A DNA stretch of 64,000 nt. Origin: an uncultured Verrucomicrobiota bacterium (GTDB lineage: Bacteria; Verrucomicrobiota; Verrucomicrobiia; Limisphaerales; J093). Location of the stretch: positions 932 through 64,931 of the forward strand of contig CAZMOZ010000024.1 of assembly GCA_964568145.1 (NCBI GenBank), given 5' to 3'. The notes beneath the pieces were generated by a model. That model was not told where the DNA came from. It saw only the letters and a program-made list of their open reading frames with translations, and made no database searches. The translations under genes and the position numbers were made by a program. This document shows positions 39,378-46,303 of this stretch, piece by piece. The first letter of the stretch is position 1. Each line of letters opens with the position of its first letter.

Positions 39378-40874
39378 CTATCCCTGCGCCGCGATGGCGA
39401 ACATCTCCACCAGCGCGCGAATTTTCTTCAAGCCCAGCCCCGGCCGCTGCCGCAACTGCTCCCACGTCAGCACCGCGTAGGAGGACACCATGTCCCGCCG
39501 GCGCGTGCGCACCCACTCGCGCCCCGTGAATGCCTCCAAGCCTTCGATGGTGCGGGCGTCCCCCAGGAACTTGGGCCGGAGTTGTTCCCAGGTCGCTGCC
39601 AGCGCCTCCTCTTCGGAACGGGGTGCAATGAACGGCGCCGCCGCCAGTTCCGCCTGCCAGTCGCCCGGCAGCGCGATCTCCTTTTGCCGAAACGCCTCCC
39701 AGCACTCCGCCTTCTTCGACGCCTCCCCCACGTTGCCCTGCTGGTGGTTGAGATGTTCCCACGCTTCCTTGCAGACCGTTTTCAATGCCTCGCACAACGC
39801 CGGCGACAGCCGCTGCTCCGTCCAGATGCGGTTCAAATCAATCCGCCGCCCGGACTTCTCCGCCAGCCACGCCACCGCGTAGGCCACGCTGTTGGCCCGG
39901 TAGCCTTCCAGGTCCAGCGTGTCGAACAGCTTCTCCGCCGTGTGCCACAGAATCGCCCTGGCCACGGCGTGCCGGAAATAGTCCAGATTCACCTCCGGCT
40001 CGCCCTCGTCCTCCATGCGCTCGGCGAAGCGGACAAAGTTCTTCTCCGCGCCAAAGCACACCCAGTGCGGCAGCCCCAGCCAAGCGTGCTCGTATTTGGC
40101 GAGGTCGGTCTTGGTGAACTTCTGGTGCTTGGGATTCTGGACCTCCCACTCCCGCCGCCGGGCCGGCGTGCCCTGGCGCGCCTTGTCATCCAGATAGGAA
40201 CCGCGCGCCCGTTCGTAATACCAGTGCGTCCCGCGCGCCAGCCCGCCCACCGCCGGCGCCCAGACGCTCCGGGACAACTGCTCCAACTGATGATGAAACG
40301 GCCCGTTGGCCGCCAGGTCGGCCGCGTTGACCTTGTTCTGGCTGTTGGCGAAGCGGGCAATCAGCGGCACCAACTCACCGATCCGCTCCGGCTCGTTCAG
40401 CACCGTCAACTTGACCTGCACCACGACTTCACCCACGTCCAACCGCTCCTTCTTCTGCGCGTGGTAAATGCTGGCCGTGGTCTGCCCGCCGTTGACGATT
40501 TGGAAGTCCCGCGCCCACGCCAGCCCGATCTGGCCATCCCGGCGCTTCTCCAGTCGCACCTCCGCCGCGGTGCAGCACAGCCCGTTGTTGTAGGCCAGGA
40601 AGCGGTGTGGTTCCTCGCGCAGCGTCTGCTGGAGACCCTTGTTCACCTTGCCCTTCACCTGCAGGAACGCCCGGACGTTCCGCTCCAGCAGCCGTTGCCC
40701 ATGCTCGCCGTAGATGCGCGCCAGCGTCTTGCCGGGCATGAACGCCAGATAGGTTTGATACTCTCTCGAATTCTCCATCCCGGCCAGGCAGGGAATGGCC
40801 CCGCCGAAATCGCGCTCGAAATCCAGCTCGATCACCTCGCGCTGGCCAACGCGAAGCTGGCTGAGCTTCTTCAA
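39378..40874 (-). CDS. AIPR (abortive-infection phage resistance) family protein, C-terminal fragment with extra ~70-aa tail domain
   Basis: FLAYNNGLCCTA...IVNGGQTTASIY...ARFANSQNKVNAADLAANGPFH is a pattern characteristic of the Pfam AIPR family. This is the same reading frame as 40911-41438, separated only by a TAG. Confidence 0.8.
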   Translation of the reverse strand: MKKLSQLRVGQREVIELDFERDFGGAIPCLAGMENSREYQTYLAFMPGKTLARIYGEHGQRLLERNVRAFLQVKGKVNKGLQQTLREEPHRFLAYNNGLCCTAAEVRLEKRRDGQIGLAWARDFQIVNGGQTTASIYHAQKKERLDVGEVVVQVKLTVLNEPERIGELVPLIARFANSQNKVNAADLAANGPFHHQLEQLSRSVWAPAVGGLARGTHWYYERARGSYLDDKARQGTPARRREWEVQNPKHQKFTKTDLAKYEHAWLGLPHWVCFGAEKNFVRFAERMEDEGEPEVNLDYFRHAVARAILWHTAEKLFDTLDLEGYRANSVAYAVAWLAEKSGRRIDLNRIWTEQRLSPALCEALKTVCKEAWEHLNHQQGNVGEASKKAECWEAFRQKEIALPGDWQAELAAAPFIAPRSEEEALAATWEQLRPKFLGDARTIEGLEAFTGREWVRTRRRDMVSSYAVLTWEQLRQRPGLGLKKIRALVEMFAIAAQG

Positions 40875-40910
40875 GTCCCAGAGGACGTAGCGCAGCTCCA
40901 GCCCGGCCAG

Positions 40911-41438
40911 CTATTCCTCCTCGATGTCCTCGGCGCGCGCCACCCCGTCGGTGAGGTAGAACAGCCGGACCGTGGTCAGCGCGTCCCTGGCCTCGTGGAT
41001 GGCGCGCGCGATTTCGAAAGCATCATTCCGACTGCCCCCGGCCTGAGTGTGAAAACCCTCGCGTGCCCGGCGCAGAAAGCCCAGGAGCAGCTTGAACTGT
41101 TTTCGGGTCTCGGTGACCCCGACCTTTTGCACGCCCGGCGCGCCGTGGTAAAGCGTGACGAACAAGTCCAGCGTCGCGCCATCGCCGGACAACGCCCACG
41201 CATTCAGCTTCGCGGCCGGCCAGCGACCGCGACTCTCGGCTCGGAATGGCCGATCCGGCAGAACGTCGGCGTTGTCCGCCTCATTGTGGCCGGCCAGTTC
41301 CTCGAGACACCATTCGGTGAAGCCGCGCTCCAGTTCATCGGCGGGTGCGTTCTCGGCGCAGCGCAACCGCACCTCCTCCCGCACGTCCTGCGCGAACTGT
41401 TCGAGCGGGCTTAAGGGAGCAGTGTTCTCTTCAGGCAT
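40911..41438 (-). CDS. N-terminal fragment of the AIPR gene (175 aa), ending at an in-frame TAG
   Basis: ATG at 41438 and stop TAG at 40911-40913. The next 12 codons (LAGLELRYVLWD) run in frame into the AIPR core ORF. Confidence 0.6.
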   Translation of the reverse strand: MPEENTAPLSPLEQFAQDVREEVRLRCAENAPADELERGFTEWCLEELAGHNEADNADVLPDRPFRAESRGRWPAAKLNAWALSGDGATLDLFVTLYHGAPGVQKVGVTETRKQFKLLLGFLRRAREGFHTQAGGSRNDAFEIARAIHEARDALTTVRLFYLTDGVARAEDIEEE

Positions 41439-41504
41439 GGTGAACCTCCATCAACGTTGGTGGGGCAGACTTTCGTGTCGGACGATGTGCCGGGCGTCCG
41501 GTTC

Positions 41505-41655
41505 GTAGCGCAGGTTTCCAACCTGCTGTATCGCTGGCTTCCAGCCGGCCGGCCGTCGAAAGGCAGACGAGCTTGGAACATTCGGAGCGTGCAGTCGGTC
41601 CGGAGGCTCTGCGGATTGGAAATCCGCGATACGGCAGACTGGAAGTCTGCGCTAC
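41505..41655. mobile_element. MITE-like repeat unit, copy 1 (151 bp, ~30-bp imperfect terminal inverted repeats)
   Basis: The left end is gtagcgcaggtttccaacctgctgtatcgc. The reverse complement of the right end is gtagcgcagacttccagtctgccgtatcgc, matching at 25 of 30 positions. An internal palindrome gcggattggaaatccgc is present. Confidence 0.7.
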
Positions 41656-41693
41656 GACCGGCGGCGCTGCGGCCTGCGGCGGCCACTGCCACC

Positions 41694-41843
41694 GTAGCGC
41701 AGGTTTCCAACCTGCTGTATCGCCGGCTTCCAGCCGGCCGGCCGTCGAAAGGCAGACGCGCTTGGAACATTCGAAGCGTGCAGTCGGTCCGCAAGCTCTG
41801 CGGATTGGAAATCCGCGATACAGCAGACTGGAATCTGCGCTAC
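41694..41843. mobile_element. MITE-like repeat unit, copy 2 (150 bp)
   Basis: Near-identical to copy 1, in the same orientation, and separated from it by a 38-bp GC-rich spacer. Confidence 0.7.
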
Positions 41844-41856
41844 CCGGTTGACCATG

Positions 41857-43965
41857 TCAGTCATCGCGTCCTTGGAGCGCCGCCTCCAGCAGGCCAAGGA
41901 GGCCCTCCCGCTTCGCGGTGCTCAGACCCGCGCCCTTCAGCTTGTCCCAGGAAAGCCTGGCGTAATCGCTGACCTTCTCCTTGCGCCGCGAGCGGTCCCA
42001 CTCATGGCCGGTTGCCGCCTCCAGCTCGCCCAGCGGCCGATCGTCTTTGATGAACTTCTGGCGCACCTCTTCCCAGCGATCTGGCATCGCGCCACGCCAC
42101 CCGGAGGAGGGGAGCACAGGCGACTCGCCTGTTCCGTCCGGCGACCCGCCGGACGGCACGGCCCCGGCGTGCCGAGCCGATGAGGATGGTTTGTTCCCGG
42201 ATTGGCCTCCGGTCTTTCCGGTCGGCGGGTCGCCGACCGGGGCGGGCGGGTCGCCCGCGCTACCCATTCCGCGGCCGCCCTTCTTCCCCTTGGGCCGCCG
42301 TTCGGGCAACGCGGCCAACCGGTCCAGTCGCTCCGCCACCCGCGCCCGCACCGGCGCATCCTTGTCCGGCTTCCACTTGGCCGCCTGCTCCAGAAAATTC
42401 TCGTCGCCCAGGTCCGTGTAGATCAGGTCCTCGTCCATCTTGATCCGCACCAGCAGCGGGAACCGCACCGCCTGTCCGCTAATGATCCCCTGACCCGGCC
42501 CGAAGCCCGGCAGCATCCGCGCGTCCTGGTCGCTCAGGTTCTCCATGATCTGCTTCACGAAATTTTGGTCGCGCGGGTTCACCAGCCGGAGAATCAGGAA
42601 CGAGTTGCACTGCGAGAGAATCGTCTCGTCCACCCGGCTGGGCCTCTGGCTGATCAGCATCAAGCCCGTGCCAAACTTGCGGCCCTCCGTGATGAGCTTG
42701 CGGATCGTCTCCAGCGACGGCACGTCCGCCGTGCCCTCGCGCGACGACGGGATGAACGTGTGCGCCTCCTCGATCACCGCGAGGAAGGGCGGAATCCGGT
42801 TCGACAGGTTGGCGCGGTGCTCGTAAAGCGCTTCCAGCAGAATCGAGGCGATGGTCGTCTGCGTCATATGGTCGTAGCCGCCGAGGTAGAGGATGGAAAC
42901 GGTCTTGGGCGCAACGATGCCCTCCGGGCGGCCCTGCGGATCGGGCATTTGATCAAACTGAAGCTGCTTCAACCGCTGCCGCATCCGCTCGTTGGTCAGC
43001 TCCATCCGCTCCAGCCGCGTCTCCACCACGCCCAGTTGGCGGCGGCAGACCGACAACGTCGGCAGCTTGCGCTTGTCACCGGCCTGGCCGGCTTTCTTCG
43101 CCAAGGAATCGCGCAGCCGCTTGATGTAGCGCAGCACCGACTCGCCCTCCACGGGATCCACCTCCGACAATGACTCACCCAGCACTTCCCGCTGCGGCTC
43201 GCTTAGTCCCTCCGTCATCTTGTTGATGAGGATTTCCACGATGTGCCGGTTCTGCTCCGTCATCGCGATGTGCGGATACAGCAGCCGCACGGTCGTGCCG
43301 GCAAAAACCTCGCGCTTCTGCCACAGCCCGAGGTAGTCCCCGTGCGGGTCCAGGATCAAGAGCGGGTAGCCCCGGTCAATCAGCTCCCGCAGAATCCGCC
43401 GGGCCGCCACCGTCTTGCCGCCGCCGGTCATCGCCAGAATGGCGATGTGCCGGGCCACCACGCGGTCGGCCGAAATGGCGATGTCCACGTCCCCCCGAGC
43501 GATGAGCGTGCCGATGTGCAGGGGCGTATGGCCGGGAATCCCACCCGCCAGCAGTTCCTTGATGGCCGCCGCCGGGGGATACAGCACCTCCGCCGCTGGC
43601 TGCACCGGATACGTCAGCGGATGGAGGTTCTTGAAACCGCCGTCCGCCGGCGTCCAGCCCAGAATCAGCACGCCCGCCTCCAACTGGTCCCGGCTGTTCG
43701 AGAGGATCGTGTCCTGCAACGACAGCCCCTCGTTCGACAATTCCTGCGCGGCCTCGTAAGGGAAGAACGGGTTGTAGCGGTTGATGCTGACCACCCGGCC
43801 CCAGACGTAAATCCCCTGCGTCCCGGCCCGCGCCTCGTCAGGCACCTCCATCCGCACCGCTACGAGGTCGCCCACACGCGAGTTGAAGCCACCCGTGTTG
43901 AAACCGAACTGAAACTCTCGACTCCACAGCACCAGCCCGACTCGTGGCCATCGTTCAAGCGGCAT
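41857..43965 (-). CDS. HerA-like (DUF87/FtsK-HerA superfamily) ATPase with disordered linker and ~73-aa C-terminal tail domain
   Basis: Walker A AILAMTGGGKT, Walker B FLAVIEEAH, then LISQRPSRVDETILSQCNSFLILRLVNPRDQNFV. The N-terminus is barrel-like, and a Gly/Pro/Ser-rich linker precedes the tail. Confidence 0.85.
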   Translation of the reverse strand: MPLERWPRVGLVLWSREFQFGFNTGGFNSRVGDLVAVRMEVPDEARAGTQGIYVWGRVVSINRYNPFFPYEAAQELSNEGLSLQDTILSNSRDQLEAGVLILGWTPADGGFKNLHPLTYPVQPAAEVLYPPAAAIKELLAGGIPGHTPLHIGTLIARGDVDIAISADRVVARHIAILAMTGGGKTVAARRILRELIDRGYPLLILDPHGDYLGLWQKREVFAGTTVRLLYPHIAMTEQNRHIVEILINKMTEGLSEPQREVLGESLSEVDPVEGESVLRYIKRLRDSLAKKAGQAGDKRKLPTLSVCRRQLGVVETRLERMELTNERMRQRLKQLQFDQMPDPQGRPEGIVAPKTVSILYLGGYDHMTQTTIASILLEALYEHRANLSNRIPPFLAVIEEAHTFIPSSREGTADVPSLETIRKLITEGRKFGTGLMLISQRPSRVDETILSQCNSFLILRLVNPRDQNFVKQIMENLSDQDARMLPGFGPGQGIISGQAVRFPLLVRIKMDEDLIYTDLGDENFLEQAAKWKPDKDAPVRARVAERLDRLAALPERRPKGKKGGRGMGSAGDPPAPVGDPPTGKTGGQSGNKPSSSARHAGAVPSGGSPDGTGESPVLPSSGWRGAMPDRWEEVRQKFIKDDRPLGELEAATGHEWDRSRRKEKVSDYARLSWDKLKGAGLSTAKREGLLGLLEAALQGRDD

Positions 43966-43971
43966 AAGCGA

Positions 43972-43988
43972 TGTGCTAAACTAGCACA
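43972..43988. promoter_or_regulatory. candidate operator palindrome in the 58-bp HerA / XRE divergent intergenic region
   Basis: tgtgcta-aac-tagcaca has perfect 7-bp inverted arms and is the only strong symmetry in the spacer. Confidence 0.4.
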
Positions 43989-44023
43989 CTTCCGGCGGCG
44001 CAGTCACGTAAAGTGGCTGAAAA

Positions 44024-44266
44024 ATGCCGCGAAAACAACGAGTCAACCTGGTCGGTGAACGTGTTAAAATAGCACGTCAGCGTCGCAACCCGCCGCTCAC
44101 GCAGGACGACCTTTCGGGCCAGCTCGCCGCCTACGGCATCCAACTAGATCGCATCGCCATCTCCCGAATCGAAGGCGGCAGCCGTTACGTGACGGATACG
44201 GAGGTGCGGGCCTTTTCCAAGGTTCTCGCCGTTTCGCCGGCGTGGCTCCTCGGCATGGAGAAGTAG
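44024..44266 (+). CDS. XRE-family helix-turn-helix transcriptional regulator
   Basis: An 80-aa protein. GERVKIARQRRNPPLTQDDLSGQL......IAISRIEGGSRYVTDTEVRAFSKVLAVSPAWLL is an HTH_3 pattern. Confidence 0.85.
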   Translation: MPRKQRVNLVGERVKIARQRRNPPLTQDDLSGQLAAYGIQLDRIAISRIEGGSRYVTDTEVRAFSKVLAVSPAWLLGMEK

Positions 44267-44269
44267 GCC

Positions 44270-46303
44270 ATGCCAGCCTTCTACCGGGCAACCGTTGCTG
44301 GTTTTCTGGACGCCGACCCGGCGGCAGTGATCGGTGAGTTGAACCTGCAAAGCCGGCACGCCGTTTCCAGCCTCCGCCTCACGACCGTTATTTCCTGGGA
44401 GCGGACAGTCGCGGTGCTGCGGGCAGCACTGCACGAGGTAACTGCGAAATTGCCAGCGGCGGTTGAGTGGGGCGTGCTACTGGAATACGAGGTGCCACGG
44501 CGGGATTGCCGGATTGACTGCGTGCTCCTCGCCGGCCAGTTGATAATCGTCCTGGAGTTCAAGACCGGCACACCGGAGAGCCGTTCGGCGGCGAAGCGGC
44601 AGGTCGAGCACTATGCAATTGAGCTTCGCGATTTTCACCAGGAGAGCCGGAACAAGCCTATTGTGCCAATTGCAGTGCTTGCCGCAGGGGTCGAATTCCT
44701 GCCCAACCTCGCTCAAGAACTGCCCGACCCTGTTCGTCCGGTTCAAGTCACCGGAGACACCATGCTCTCCACAGCGTTGCTCCAGGTCACGCAAGCACAC
44801 GCCGTTGACGTGGCCAGCGGCCAGATCGGGTTGGCGGCATGGGATGGCTCTGCGTATGCGCCGATTCCGAACATCGTGGAAGCCGCCCAGATGCTCTTCG
44901 CCCATCAAAGCGTGCGCGAGATTTCCCATGCCCACACGGAAGCCTTCAATCTGACCAAGACCACGGACGTTTTGGTCGAGGCGGTTCGGCGCGCGCAGCG
45001 AGAACGGCGCAAGCTCGTCTGTTTCGTGACGGGCGTTCCCGGGGCGGGCAAGACCTTGGCAGGCCTCAACGCGGTCCACAGCCCGGATTTAGTCCGCGAC
45101 GGGCGACCTGCGGGCGCGTTCCTCTCCGGCAACGGGCCGCTGGTCAAGGTAGTCACTGAGGCGCTGGCGCAGGACCATCATCGTCGGACGGGGGACAGCT
45201 TGGCCGAGTCTCGGCGTCGGATTCGGACGTTCATCCAAAGTGTCCAAAGCTTCCTGAAAGAATACCGGCCCGCGGATCGTTTGCCGCCGGAGCGAGTGGT
45301 GGTTTTCGATGAAGCCCAGCGGGCCTGGGACGCCGTGAAAGTCCGCAAGGAACTGCTTCGCCGTGCCACATCCGAGGAGCGCGGCCTGCTTGACTCGGCC
45401 AATTCCGAGCCAGCGCTCATGCTGAGCATCATGGACCGGCTTCCTGACTGGGCGGTCATCGTCGCGCTGGTTGGCGGCGGGCAGGAAATCCACGATGGCG
45501 AGGCAGGCTTGGCGGAGTGGGGCCGAGCGGTGCGCGAACAGTATCCGCACTGGGAGGTTGTGGCATCGCCAGAAGCCTTGGAGGGCGGCTCCAGTGTCGC
45601 AGGCAGTCGGCTCTTTTCCAGCAGTGGCTTTGGCCCTGTCACGGTCCGCCGGGAAGCCCACCTGCACCTGCCGGTGGCAGTCCGGTCGTTCCGGGCGCAA
45701 GCCGTGGCTGACTGGGTCAACGCCGTTGTGAATGGCAATGCACAGGAAGCAGCCCGCGTTGCCGGGCAGGTTACCAGCTTCCCAATCAGGCTCACGCGCT
45801 CCGTGGACGAAGCCCGCCGCTGGTTACGCCAACAAACGCGCGGCTTCAGGCGGTGCGGTTTGCTGGCGAGTTCTGGTGCATTGCGACTGCGAGCGCATGG
45901 AATCGAAGTCTCGTCTGGGTTCCGTGACGGCTTTCCGTTCGAGGAATGGTTTCTAGCCGGGCCGGATGATGTCCGCTCGTCGAACCGGCTGGAGGTCGCG
46001 CTGACCGAGTTCGAATGCCAGGGGCTGGAACTCGATTGGGTTGGCGTCTGCTGGGGATCTGATTTTGCCTGGGACCAGGATGGGTGGCGGTTCCGTCAGT
46101 TCAAAGGGACTTCCTGGCAGTCCGTGCAAAAGGCTGCGACGCGCGAGTTCATTCGCAACAAATACCGAGTTCTCCTGACACGGGCGCGGGAGGGCCTCGT
46201 CATCTGGGTTCCCGAAGGAAGCGTCGAAGATGAAACCCGCCCGCCTGCATGGTTCGATTTGACTGCCGATTTCCTGGCACGGTCTGGCGCTGCGGCACTT
46301 TGA
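44270..46303 (+). CDS. DUF2075-type (Schlafen-helicase-like) P-loop NTPase with N-terminal PD-(D/E)xK-like nuclease module
   Basis: The N-terminus LLEYEVPRRDCRIDCVLLAGQLIIVLEFK gives an E...D...ExK pattern. Walker A is VTGVPGAGKT, a DEAQ-type box is VVVFDEAQRAW, and an SF1-like end is YRVLLTRAREGLVIW. It starts 3 nt after the XRE stop. Confidence 0.75.
   Translation: MPAFYRATVAGFLDADPAAVIGELNLQSRHAVSSLRLTTVISWERTVAVLRAALHEVTAKLPAAVEWGVLLEYEVPRRDCRIDCVLLAGQLIIVLEFKTGTPESRSAAKRQVEHYAIELRDFHQESRNKPIVPIAVLAAGVEFLPNLAQELPDPVRPVQVTGDTMLSTALLQVTQAHAVDVASGQIGLAAWDGSAYAPIPNIVEAAQMLFAHQSVREISHAHTEAFNLTKTTDVLVEAVRRAQRERRKLVCFVTGVPGAGKTLAGLNAVHSPDLVRDGRPAGAFLSGNGPLVKVVTEALAQDHHRRTGDSLAESRRRIRTFIQSVQSFLKEYRPADRLPPERVVVFDEAQRAWDAVKVRKELLRRATSEERGLLDSANSEPALMLSIMDRLPDWAVIVALVGGGQEIHDGEAGLAEWGRAVREQYPHWEVVASPEALEGGSSVAGSRLFSSSGFGPVTVRREAHLHLPVAVRSFRAQAVADWVNAVVNGNAQEAARVAGQVTSFPIRLTRSVDEARRWLRQQTRGFRRCGLLASSGALRLRAHGIEVSSGFRDGFPFEEWFLAGPDDVRSSNRLEVALTEFECQGLELDWVGVCWGSDFAWDQDGWRFRQFKGTSWQSVQKAATREFIRNKYRVLLTRAREGLVIWVPEGSVEDETRPPAWFDLTADFLARSGAAAL

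Noticed and set aside
41505-41843. Possible CRISPR array
   Set aside because: There are only two repeat units of ~150 bp, each with terminal inverted repeats and one 38-bp spacer. The repeat length and structure are wrong for CRISPR, and there are no cas genes.
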